Below, piece after piece: positions 13,626-26,936 of a stretch of 64,000 bases of DNA. How positions within the stretch are numbered: the stretch's first letter is position 1; every line of letters starts with the position of its first letter. The notes below the pieces were generated by a model that was not told the origin of the DNA, searched no databases, and was given only the letters and a program-made list of their open reading frames with translations. The translations under genes were made by a program, and so were the position numbers. The DNA comes from Octopus vulgaris (lineage: Eukaryota). The DNA lies in NCBI GenBank assembly GCA_951406725.2, contig OX597830.1:59768001-59832000 (forward strand), read 5' to 3'.

Positions 13626-15255
13626 AGGTACATATAGGTACATATACATACGTACCTATCTATCAATCTAACTATCAATCTCTCTCTGATTCTGTATGTG
13701 TGTGTGTGTGTGCGTGTATGTATGTATGTGAGTGTGAGTGTGTGTGCGTGCGTGCGTATCTTTCAGTTGAAAATCTTTTGGAAAACATATGTCTATGTTT
13801 ATATCATGCAGCTTAACAATGCGACAACCAGAGATGGCGAAGTATAAGACCAAACTTCAAAAAAAAAAAAAAAAAAGGGGTCAAGAAAAGAGTAAATCTC
13901 CTTCAGTCTCTCCTAACTTTTAATCGCCTTAAATAAAGTATGACATATTACACCATTATTAATCCATTTCTTGGCTTAACTCCATCTTTGGCTAGATCTC
14001 TGATTTTAGGATAATTTCCTCTCTTCCTCCCAATGAAATAGACCATAGATGCTGCCGTTCCTCCGCTGACTATGCCATCAAGAATGTTGGGATGGTCATG
14101 AATGGAACGCTTTTGATCGTAGGCGTAGTAATTATCGCTGAGCTGTAAAGTAAACCCCGTCATTTAGAAACATAGGTTTCCATAAAGACACTACAGCTTT
14201 TGTTTTCGTTTCAAACCATTTTAATTTCATATTTTTTTAGTTCTATAAATTATCAAATAATTTCATTACCCAATGTGACCTTCATTTCTTTTTATAGGTG
14301 ATAATGAGTGATTTGAGGAAGAACTAACTGTTATTTCAAGCAGGTCGAGTGGCCATATAAAGTTTCTTTCACTGGCGCGCTGGAGTGGTAAATGTTTTGT
14401 GGGACCGGTGGAAAAAATGGCGAAAGCATTAGCTTGACGAAAGTGAGGAAGGATCACAGAAAAAAAAGACCCTAACTCCCTCGCCTTTTCTGCTCCGATG
14501 AGACAGACTAGGGAGGTGGTTCGGAGGGTAAGGATACTGGATGTTTCCACCGCTGTTGGTTCACAAAGAAACCTAATGAAGAGCAACCAGTACTTTGTCA
14601 GCGTTCGAAACTTATCTTGTCGGACGAACGCCAATATCAGACCATTTTTTTTTTACCTACGCAAATAATTAATGACTAACATTCAAGGTTGAAATTAAAC
14701 ATTTATTTTACACCAAAGTATGTAGAGACAGTTGTAGTTTGGGAAGTCTGTGAGCACTGGTCCATTTTCAGAGTAAATTTCAACCAAAGTTATAGGGAAA
14801 AAAAAGAAAATGAAGGGAAAATGTGAAGAAAAAACAACTTCCGGTGTTCTTTTTTTCCCTTTCCCCTCCTGTCGTGATTTGTGAGATCCATTTCAACCAT
14901 ATAACCTCAACATTCTCTATTCTGGAAATGTCTTTTTGTAAATCCCCAAACATTCACCTAACCGGAAGTGGTAACTCTAATATTCTTGTGAGAAGTACGG
15001 TATTGTATAAGGAAGCCTTAGAAGTAAGTCAAAGCCAAAAGTCTTGAAATACCTAAAGTTTCGAAGTACTTTAAATCTTGAAATACAAGATGTCTGCCAC
15101 TGACACCGGAGTAGAAAATAACACTCGTTGTAAAGTGACAAGCAAACAGAATGCAAATAATAAATCAAAATCAAAAATACATTATTTCCTTATGCTTGAC
15201 TCTGTTTTATTTTGTCTTTAAACATTCACTGTATTTCTGTCTGTCTTTTCTACAG

Positions 15256-15346
15256 CTTTATTTAGCTGTGACTGGGAGGAAATTGGATTTCTTTGAAGAC
15301 ATTAACGAATCGCTGCTGCACTTAGACCTCTTACTTCTGTCAATTG
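15256..15346 (+). other. Candidate exon (91 nt)
   Basis: Pyrimidine-rich acceptor ctgtcttttctacag, weak donor G|GTTCGT; ETS sites (acttccggt, accggaagtg) upstream at about 14837 and 14961. Not confirmed. Confidence 0.25.
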
Positions 15347-16073
15347 GTTCGTCGTTGTTGTTGTTTTTGTTGTCGACGTAGTCGCTGTCGCCATTGTTGT
15401 TGTTGTTGGAGGTGGTGTAGGTGAAGAGTAGTTGGTGTTGTTGCTGGTAGTGGTGTTGTTGTTGATGGCGTTGGCGGCGCTGATGGTGGTGCTGATGTTC
15501 CTGAGAATGGTAGAGGTGATAGTTTTGATGGTAGTGAAGATGGTGGTTTTGGTGATGGCGTTAGTAGTGGAGTTGAAGCTGGTTTAGTCATATTTGTAGT
15601 ACTGGCGGTGTAGGTGGTATCAATGCGGGTGTTAGTACTGTTGTTGATGTTGTTGTTGTTGTCGTTGGTGGTGGTGGTGGTGGTGGTGATGGAATGGTTG
15701 TTGAATGGTGGTTAGTATTGTTCACAATGGTGTGTTGTTGGTGTTGTTCTGTGTTACTCACTCCAAATCAACCTAAGATTCCCAGCCATGACAGTCCAGT
15801 TTGTATGTGTATGACAATGTCCAATGTATCCTTTTTAAGACAGTAGTAATATGATTTGAGAGAATTTAGTTGTAATTTCTTGCAGGTCAAATTATCCTTT
15901 TGTGGTGCAGCTGGTGGTGACGAGTTGTGCCTGTCGTTATTGTGAAGGAGAGAATGGTTGCTTGATCACAGTTCAGTGTTGATGATCGAGGAGTAACTTG
16001 GAAGTTGTATGGTAACCCCAATAGTATGTTTATTGTAGTGTGGTATCCACAGTGGTATGTTAGATGTAGTCCT

Positions 16074-16870
16074 AAGGCGGCGAGCTGGCAGAATCGTTAA
16101 GCACACCGGGCGAAATGCTTAGCGGTAATTCGTCTGCCGTTACGTTCTGAGTTCAAATTCCGCCGAGGTCGACTTTGCCTTTCATCCTTTCGGGGTCCAT
16201 TAAAATAAGTACCAGTTACACACTGGAGTCGATATAATCGACTTAATCCGTTTGTCTGTCCTTGTTTGTCTCCTCTGTGTTTAGCCCCTTGTGGGTAGTA
16301 AAGAAATAGGTATTTCGTCTGAGGTCAAGGTCTGAGTTCAAATTCCGCCGAGGTTGACTTTACCTTTCATCCTTTCGGGGTCGATTAAATAAGTACCAGT
16401 TGCGCACTGGGGTCGATATAATCGACTTAATCCGTTTATCTGTCCTTGTTTGTCCCCTCTGTGTTTAGCCCCTTGTGGGTAGTAACGAAATAGAAATAGG
16501 TATTTCGTCTGCGGTTACGGTCTGAGTTCAAATTCCGCCGAGGTCGACTTTGCCTTTCATCCTTTCGGGGTCGATAAATCAAGTACCAGTTACGCACTGG
16601 GGTCGATATAATCGACTTAATCCGTTTGTCTGTCCTTGTTTGTCCCCTCTGTGTTTAGCCCCCTGTGGGTAGTAAAGAAATAGAAATAGGTATTTCGTCT
16701 GCGGTTACGGTCTGAGTTCAAATTCCGCCGAGGTCGACTTTGCCTTTTATCCTTTCGGAGTCGATAAATTAAGTACCAGTTACGGACTGGGGTCGATATA
16801 ATCGACTTACTCCGTTTGTCTGTCCTTGTTTGCCCCCTCTGTGTTTAGCCCCTTGTGGGTAGTAACGAAA
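16074..16870 (+). mobile_element. SINE family A tetramer
   Basis: Full head, then junctions at 16309, 16499 and 16689 (190-bp spacing; the later junctions carry a duplicated gaaata). Confidence 0.9.
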
Positions 16871-17544
16871 GAGCTGTAGTGGTGTAGTCACAACAACATG
16901 TTGCTGGTAGCAGGTTATAGTGATTTGTTTATGGTAGTGAGGTCGATACAGCAATATGTTGGCAGTTGTTAAGTTAGTTGTAGTGTTTTTTGTGTTTTTT
17001 GTTGTTGTAATTGTTTCTATTTTATGATATGAACGTATCGTTAGTAATCGAAAAGTCACAAGGCAGTTGTTGTTGTTGTTATAACAGACTTGTTAGCTAA
17101 CCACGTACCTTCTTCTTCGTGTACACAATAATGTTAACTGCCCGCGGCATATAACAGACCGTTATGTAGTAGCACAGTAAGGGGTAAGGCGGTCCGCCCC
17201 GGCCGATGCTCTTGTGCGGGCGGCACTTTTGGGTCTGATGTATAAGCCGGGGGTGGGGGTGGGGGTGGAGGTGGGACTGGCAGGGATTTCCCTTGCAGCA
17301 CACATAGCTACTCCACTGTCTTCGTGCTTGTTACTGTTGGTTCTGACGATAATGTCGACTTGGCAGACTCGACACAGAGTTGAATGGAATGCCTCGCCAT
17401 TTGGTTCCGGCTCTCTGCGCACTGAGTTCAAATGTCGCCTACATAAATTTTGTCTTTCATTCTTTCGGGGTCGATGAAAAAAAAGATGCCAAGTTTGTGG
17501 TCTGTGTTCGATATAAATGATGGCTAGTTTTCTATTTTTTTAAG

Positions 17545-18574
<1,030 letters not shown>

Positions 18575-18639
<65 letters not shown>

Positions 18640-18699
18640 TACTACTACTAATATTATTATTATTATTATTATTATTATTATCATCATTATTATTATTAA

Positions 18700-18742
<43 letters not shown>

Positions 18743-18749
18743 GTTATTA

Positions 18750-18823
<74 letters not shown>

Positions 18824-18830
18824 GTTATTA

Positions 18831-18879
<49 letters not shown>

Positions 18880-18920
18880 CATAATTATTATTATTATTAT
18901 TATTATTATCATCATCATCA

Positions 18921-19018
<98 letters not shown>
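18575..19018 (+). repeat. (TTA)n array, right flank of the Dong-like LINE
   Basis: Direct reading. Confidence 0.95.
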
Positions 19019-19314
19019 GCCATTGTTGTCGATAAAAAAAAAAGATGCAATCCAATGGATTGCAGAACTTTTGAGGCTCCAAAAGGATGCCTTGCAGTAT
19101 TTGTTGTGGATGTTTGTGTCCTGAGGGCAACACTATCGACGGCACTGGCACCAAGCTGTGTCGGGTCTTACTTTGCGTTACCTTTTGGCAAACATAGAGA
19201 AGAAGACTTGCTGGTGTAGTTAACGACTTGTCTCTCACTAAAAAACACTTGCCTACACCTTGGGCATGCAAGTGCAGATGTATGGTCAATCCTGACCGAC
19301 AGATGTTTTAGATC

Positions 19315-20293
19315 AGCAATTCTCATCCGGGGTCCATATGACCCATCGGGGTCCACATAAGATTTTCGGGGTCCACACAAGCAAAATAGTAAATTGGGGA
19401 TCCACAGCAGTATTTTAATTATTCATGAAAAGATTTTGTAGCGGGCGTATTTATGTATTGCAAGAAACAGCTGGCAGAAGCGTTAGCACGCCGGGCGAAA
19501 TGCTAAGCGGCATTTTGTCTGCCGCTACGTTCTGAGTTCAAATTCCGCCGAGGTCGACTTTGCCTTTCATCCTTTCGGGGTCGATTAAATAAATACCAGT
19601 TACACACTGGGGTCGATATAATCGACTTAATCCTTTTGTCTGTCCTTGTTTGTCCTCTCTGTGTTTAGCTCCTTGTGGGTAGTAAAGAAATAGCTATTTC
19701 GTCTGCCGCTACGTTCTGAGTTCAAATTCCGCCGAGGTCGACTTTGCCTTTCATCCTTTCGGGGTCGATTAAATAAGTACCAGTTACGCACTGGGGTCGA
19801 TATAATCGATTTAATCCGTTTGTCTGTCCTTGTTTGTCCTCTCTGTGTTTAGCCCCTTGTAGGTAGTAAAGAAATAGCTATTTCGTCTGCCGCTACGTTC
19901 TGAGTTCAAATTCCGCCGAGGTCGACTTTGCCTTTTATCCTTTCGGGGTCGATAAATTAAGCACCAGTTACGCACTGGAGTCGATATAATCGACTAATTC
20001 CTTTGTCTGTCCTTGTTCGTCCCCTCTATGTTTAGCCCCTTGTGGGCAATAAAGAAATAAGAAACAGCTGTTTCTTTCTCTAATGCTTTACATTATTCAA
20101 TATATTTCTGGCCACGGAAACATGCTCTCTCAGATAGTGGTTATTGCAAACTTTAACTAGTGAACGTGTGAAAAAGTAAGAATTTTGAAGGAAATATCAA
20201 TAAAACTAACATTTAACACAGAAAGACAATAGGGGGCCACCAAAATAAAATTGTTATCAAAGAGGTTCATAGGCGAAAAGTGGCTGAGAATAG
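19315..20293. mobile_element. Decayed hAT MITE (same family as 938-1261) interrupted by a SINE trimer
   Basis: Ends cagcaattctca / tgagaatagttg; internal ggggtccac repeats; similar to the other copies. Confidence 0.6.
19474..20058 (+). mobile_element. SINE family A trimer
   Basis: 184-bp units, junction gaaatagctatttc at 19687-19700 and 19871-19884; 12-bp TSD aagaaacagctg at 19462-19473 and 20059-20070. Confidence 0.9.
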
Positions 20294-20555
20294 TTGCTTC
20301 AAATGATATTGTCGTCTTGCGACACACAGTTTATCCTAAACTACTTTTCTCAACACACGATTCAATTACATTCAGTAACCATACAAGAATGACCCTTGAT
20401 CTTTCCTTATTATTCCCAGCAAGTGTGTGGTAACGAACGTTACCCATTCGTTATTATTCTCAGCAAATGTGACAAGCTCAATTCAACTGGATCCAGCCAC
20501 AGCCAGCCAACCAGCCAACCAGTCAGTCAGTAAACTAACGAGGGAACCTCTTCGT

Positions 20556-20997
20556 CGGGGGTTCTCAACCAGAGTCCGCATGGCCCTTGGGAAGTCTATA
20601 TAAGATTTTGTAGTTAAAATTTATATGTAATAATAGAAGAGGCCTCGTTGCAGGCTCCGTATCAGATGGCAGAACGTGAGTGGGGAAGATCTCCAGAGAC
20701 ACAACGACAACTTGGAGTATGAAAAGGCGCTGGCACGGGACCGCCATCGATGGAGAGCACTGGTGGACGATTCTGGGACCACTAACTTGGGAGGACCCAG
20801 CCTCATCAAGCAAGTGCATGAAGCGAAGCAATAAACCGGTTATACTTTTTTCAATACACAAAATATTTCTATACAGTTCCTAATTTAATTATTAAAATAA
20901 TAGGAGTTTTTAGACATTGAATGGTTCTGAGTCCCACAACCACGAGCAAAACTGGGATCAAAGGAGTCCATAGATAAAAAATGGTCGAGAACCCCTG
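20556..20997. mobile_element. hAT MITE carrying a nested RTE fragment
   Basis: TIRs cgggggttctcaacc / ggtcgagaacccctg; degenerate 8-bp TSD ctcttcgt / ttctacgt. Confidence 0.7.
20636..20832 (+). mobile_element. RTE-clade LINE 3' fragment
   Basis: Translates KRPRCRLRIRWQNVSGEDLQRHNDNLEYEKALARDRHRWRALV, matching the RTE C-terminal KRPRGRPxxRW...DRxxWR pattern. Confidence 0.8.
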
Positions 20998-21600
20998 TTC
21001 TACGTAGTCATTCGACCTGAAGTAATTGCAGCCAAATCATCCTCAAATGATTATCCAATACTGAATACAATGTCAGAAAAGAAAACAGAATGGTCACGGC
21101 TGGAGCTGCGATCGAATGACAAACGCTCGATACACAGGAAAATCTCTCTTTACACATGTGTTTGCCATCGGATAACAACGGATATGAAAGTGGAGAACGG
21201 CAGCCCTAAACGACGAACATTTTTTGTTTTTGTTTCTCTTTTTCATTGCATTTTGTTTTTTCGAAATATGCGTAAGCAATGTTTACATATAGTGCAGAAA
21301 AAGCAATTTTAAAACAGCAACAATACTGACAAGAACAACATTAAAAACTGGAAATACAATTATCTCCGTTGCAGGTGTGACTGTGTTGTAAGAAGCTTAC
21401 TTCCGAACAAACATTTCTGAGTTCAGTTTCACTGCTTGGTACTTTGGACAACTGTCTTTCACTATAGCACCAGACATACCAAAGCATCTTGAGTGGATTT
21501 GATAGGCAGAAGCTGACAGAAACCAGTCGTGCATGTATGTATGTATGTATGTATGTATGTATGTATGTATGTATGTATGTATGTATGTATGTATGTATGT

Positions 21601-22071
21601 CAGGTCACTTTCGAGTGCTACTGGTAACATGTAACCCAGTACAACCTGTTGCATGGTCGGGTCGTCGGCGACTAAACCGGCAACCCCACCAAGCTTACTT
21701 GGTGAGGAGGGTGTTTACTGGAGACCCTGCGGGAGGAAAAACAAAGCCCGTCAAAGGACGAAGGAACTCTTGAGAGTCAACGGCCATCCAATAAATGTCT
21801 TAAGGCTGTATCATGCGCGGGGACATATAAATAATCGGATTGAATACCCGATCGCACGGTTAAACCACTGGGAGTGAAGGACCCCTAGCCTTTGTTAGGG
21901 CATCCTTCTAGGAGAAGGTAACTCAGGTAACTGGGATAACTCCGACATAAAACCTGCGGCTCAGTGGTTACCGATAATGTTGACTTGCTCTTCTTTTCGG
22001 ATTATGGCTGCTGTTGCTTAGTGAGTGGGATTGACTCAGTGCACAGCCTTTCCTCACTTTAAAAAAAAAAA
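21601..22071 (+). mobile_element. Structured non-coding retroelement (RTE 5'-UTR-like / SINE) with A tail
   Basis: Multiple hairpins at the 5' end, ttagggcatccttctaggagaaggtaactc block resembling RTE 5' UTRs, poly-A end; partial second copy at 36720-36811. Confidence 0.5.
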
Positions 22072-22483
22072 TCTTCTTGCATAGGCATTGCACGACAACA
22101 ACATTGATTAAGCTTCGTGCAATGGCCATACTCGATAACGAGGAGACAACCACCACCATGCATGTATGTATGTATGTATGAATGTATGTCTGTCTTTCTG
22201 TCTCTATGTATATATATATACACACACACATACAGATGCACGAATGCGCGTGTGTCTTTGTGTTTGTGTCCTATTTATCCGCCACTAGAGACAATTTGTT
22301 AGACTAAAGTACTTCAAGGCGGTGCCCCAGCATGGTCTCAGTTCAAAGATCGAAACAAGTAAAACCTAAAAACGCTTATTTCAAAATATTCGTAAACTAT
22401 TCGGAAATGATACAACAATAGGAATTCAGGCTTTCTAAATAAAACTTAAAATCCAGAAACCCGTCAATCTAATAGACATATAC

Positions 22484-22638
22484 AGGCGTGGCTGTGGGGT
22501 AATAAGCTTGCTTCCCAACCACATGGTTTTCGGTTCAGTCCCACTGCGCGGCACTTTGGGCTAGTGACTTCTTCTATAGCCTCGGGCCGATCAAAGACTT
22601 GTGAGTGGATTTGATAGACGGAAACTGAAAGGAGACTG

Positions 22639-22707
<69 letters not shown>

Positions 22708-22945
22708 ATGTATATGTCTATGAGTGTGTGTCTTTGTGTCTATGTTTTGTTCACCACCACCACGTACCAACCCTTGTTAGTGTGTTTATATCACCGTAAT
22801 TAGCGGTTCGGCAAAAGAGACCGATAGAAAAAGTATTAAAAAAGTTCTGGGGTCAATTCGTTCGACTACAACTCTTTAAGGTGGTGCCCCAGCACGGCCG
22901 CAGTCAAATGACTGAGACAAGTAAAACAAAGATAACAGTAAAAAG
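22484..22945 (+). mobile_element. SINE family B copy
   Basis: Head, CORE-like block, internal (TA)n, tail. Confidence 0.85.
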
Positions 22946-23964
22946 ATACTCCATAATCTATGAAACATCCCCCCAGAATACAGAGTAGTACTGGAATGCT
23001 CTCACAAAAAGCATCATTGGGGATAGTTCAATGGACCCAGTAACCCCGGTTATAAAATAATGCAGACACGAAGAGAGGTGACATAACATAATGGCTCCTA
23101 AACTTTTATACTCTTAACAATACGCATCAACACATACATGCTTAACTCCCTTGCTGCAACAAGTCTTCTCCAGACATCACCTTCTGCCTTCCTCCACCTG
23201 GGTACCACAGCCATTTGGCTAACACTTCCCTACCTGTCTTTGAACCATCTAACACTTATCTAACAATTATGGACCATTTATCAATATATCGCACTCGCAA
23301 ATCAACGAAGAATGCAAAATACACTTTTACAAACCTAAAAAGCGAAATAAAACACACACACACACACACAAAAAACGAAAACGAATGAGTTGCACCGAGA
23401 AACCGAATCTAGGTTTTCAGAATTCAACAACATTGTAATCATCGACATTGAAGTACATACACTCAACAAAATAATTATAAACTCATCAAAAAACATATCA
23501 TAGAAGACAACATCAAAAAAAAAAGAAAAAAAAGAAAAATTCGGCTTCAATTACACACTAGAAATAGCCAACCTCATAAAAATTAGCGACAACTTCAAAC
23601 GGAATAAAACTGACGTTATACAAAAACCAATATAAAACTCAGCATCAAATAGCTAAACAAGGAAATAGCAATAACAACAACGGCAGCAACAACAACAACA
23701 ACAACAACAGCAGCAGCAGCAGCAACAATAATAATAATAAAAGCAATAATAATAAATCTTCGAAAAACTGAAAACTAGCAATCATTTATATCGAACACAG
23801 ACCACAAAACTTGCCGTAAATTACTACATAGAATTAGCTGTGTCAACAATATCAACAATAATAATGATCATATCACACTACATGTTACAATAGCGATCTT
23901 AAATATTATATATATACTGTAATACCAAATAAATGCCCTTCGACATTTCTCGAAAGCACACAAC

Positions 23965-24248
23965 AAAAGCTAAATAGTAATTTGGGGATCCACAGCATTG
24001 TTTTCAGGGTCCATGGGGGAAATGTTGCTTTAATTGCAGGAAAGGGCTCGGTGTTTCTTTCTCGAACAGTTCAACATGTTTCTTGCTAACGTATGCAATT
24101 GAAGGTATGAAAAACAAAATAGGAATTTTATTAGAGGTATCTATAGAACCAGTTTTAAAATATCAAATGGCTATGTGGGTCCACCAGAATAAAATAGTAA
24201 TCAAAGGGGTCAGTCAATAGATGAAAAAAAAATGGTTGAGAACCACTG
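23965..24248. mobile_element. Right half of a hAT MITE
   Basis: Ends ggttgagaaccactg followed by atctagat (NTCTAGAN Charlie-type target). Confidence 0.65.
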
Positions 24249-24286
24249 ATCTAGATGAAGAAAAAGGGAGCGTTGGCTAGCAAACT

Positions 24287-24545
24287 ATGTCAGACCGACA
24301 AACCTATGGGGTGTACAAGAATACCTCAAAACCTTGTCAGCTCCCTAGTTGTATACCACAAGGATCTGCCCTCTCAATCGTTCTTTTCAGCCTATGCCTA
24401 CACGATCTTTCCATGCCTCAGTTAAGGATACAGACAGCATCTTCACTGATGACATTACACACTATTTTCTAGAAGCTTCCACGCAACTTCTCAAGTCACC
24501 TAGAAGACCAGTTCCACAGCAACAGACTAAAAGTATCCCCTAGCT
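24287..24545 (+). pseudogene. Decayed LINE reverse transcriptase fragment
   Basis: IPQGSALSIVLFSLCLHDL (GVPQGSxLSPxLF motif), then frameshifted IFTDDIT (YADD motif). Confidence 0.7.
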
Positions 24546-25947
24546 AATTCAATATCTGCCTTTCTACCTGCGATATCAGAGAACATCAAATACGGCCCAG
24601 TCCACACACTCCGTAGTATAAGCATACTGTGTGTTTGCGCACACACTCGTGCGCACGCAAAGAAGACAAAATCCCTGAGGTTGTCAAAATTAATCTACAA
24701 CATTCATAACACATATCTCTCAGGGACTATCTCAGTTCTGCCTGGATCCCCGATTTCTCTATAACAAGTCATAATAAGAATCAAAACCTCGAGAAAGTGC
24801 ACTAACCATTGAAAGGTTGCAAACAGTTCTTGTCACAATGAAAACCTTCTACGTACAAAACCAAAAGTATTAAAAATGAAAGATCATTTAAACATGCCAA
24901 AGAGACAATTAATTAGTGAATAATTATCGGTTGCAAATTTTGGCATAATGCCAGCAATTTGGGGGGAGGGTTAAGTCTATTTCGGAGAAGGGTTTAGTCG
25001 ATTACTTCGACTTCATGCTCAATTGGTACTCGGCGGAATTTGAACTCAGAACGTAAAGTCAGACGAAATACCGCCAGGCACTTTGCCCGGTGTTCCAACG
25101 ATTCTGCCAGCTCGCCACCTTTGATCAGTCAATAATTAGTGATCTCAAATTTTGGTACAAGGTCAGAGAGGAGGTAAGTCGATTACATCGACCCCAGTAC
25201 TCAACTGGTACTAATTTTATCGACCCCGAAAGGACGAAAGGCAAAGTCAACTTCGGCAGAATTTGAACTAAAGACCTGAAGATGGACGAAATGCCGTCAA
25301 GCATTTTGCACAGCGTGCCAGATTCTGCCAGCTCTCCACCTTTGATTAGTTAATTAGTATTTGTCATACAAAAGTACGACAAAGCCACAATCGTTATAAT
25401 TTTAGCATATGTATGCAATAATGGGTTACCAATAGTATTCACTACTAGAGAATGGCTCTTGAAGCTTTACTTATGGTGGGATTTGAACTTAAATTTCCAT
25501 ATCATCTTGTCTCGTATATAGTGCTTCTAACTGCATACAGTAGAATGTGATTCCTCCTCGCATAAAATGTAGATAAAGTTACATTCTCATAGTACCCCAT
25601 TTATGACTGTATGGACTCGAAATAGATGCTTCCGCTATAATTTATTTACACCAGTATCGATCATAACTTCATACAGCATATATTTAAAGACTCGTCGATT
25701 GTACTTCTAACGGAGCCTATTCTCAGTTTACCGGATTAGCTTAAGTGGCCTGATATGCCATCAGATTAGAATTTTGCTGATTACTACATTAAATTAAATA
25801 TCCAGACCGTGAACACAACACGGCGCTCGTCACGCATAAAAATGTGTCGAATTTCCAACGGTAAACCGACACCGTATTGACTTCATTTAACTGTTCTTCT
25901 TTAATGAATGGCAGCTACTGAAACAAAAATCAAATGGTTTTTGTACA

Positions 25948-26117
25948 AGGCGCAGGAGTGGCTGTGTGGTAAGTAGCTTGCTAACCAGCCACATGGTTCC
26001 GGGTTCAGTCCCACTGCGTGGCATCTTGGGCAAGCGTCTTCTGCTATAGCCCCGGGCCGACCAATGCCTTGTGAGTGGATTTGGTAGACGGAAACTGAAA
26101 GAAGCCTGTCGTATGTA

Positions 26118-26160
<43 letters not shown>

Positions 26161-26385
26161 TTGTTTGTGTGTCTGTGTTTGTCCCCCTAGCATTGCTTGA
26201 CAACCGATGCTGGTGTGTTTATGTCCCCGTTACTTAGCGGTTCGGCAAAAGAGACCGATAGAATAAGTACTGGGCTTACAAAAAGAATAAGTCCCGGGGT
26301 CGAGTTGCTCGATTAAAGGCGGTGCTCCAGCATGGCCGCAGTCAAATGACTGAAACAAGTAAAAGAGTAAAAAGAGTAAAGAGTA
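25948..26385 (+). mobile_element. SINE family B full-length, young copy
   Basis: aggcgcaggagtggctgtgtggtaag head, gggttcagtccc B-box, CORE-like block, gagtaaa tail. Confidence 0.9.
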
Positions 26386-26579
26386 TATTACTTCTGATGG
26401 TCTTTATTGTTTATCGTGGAGAAAGCAGATTCAAAAGACCCACACAATCACTGCTGCGGTCACCGTAATTGCTGTTTAGCCTCAAGCGTGTACTGATCGA
26501 GTAAATCTATAGTCAAATGCATTCTTGTTATGAGCGCTCCGTCATCCTTTTCAAAAACAATATCCCTGAATTACATATA

Positions 26580-26791
26580 CATGGTGTGTTACTAAAAAGT
26601 TCCTGGCTTTGGGTAAAAGGAAATACTGGAGGATCAGTTAATTATGATTTTATTCAACATATTCCCTTCTCAGATTCATACACTCATTGCAGCAGCCCTT
26701 AAGTTTTTCTAAACTCTGTAAAAGAACTCAGAAGGTTGGGCTTCCAACAAGGCCTTTTGCAAACCCCGGAATTTTCCAGCACTCACTCATG
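26580..26791. mobile_element. Mariner-type MITE
   Basis: TA on both sides; degenerate TIRs catggtgtgttactaaaaagttcctggcttt / aaaccccggaattttccagcactcactcatg. Confidence 0.65.
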
Positions 26792-26883
26792 TACACACAC
26801 ACACACTTTCTTTCTTTCTCTCTCTCTCTCTCACTCTCACACACACCCCCACACATTTAAGTGTTGGGTATTTGTTATATTTG

Positions 26884-26936
<53 letters not shown>

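Noticed and set aside
13948-14634. 71-aa and 122-aa - strand ORFs
   Set aside because: They overlap decayed copies of a dispersed repeat (tgatttgag...ctatttc.agcaggtcgag family) and show no recognisable domain.
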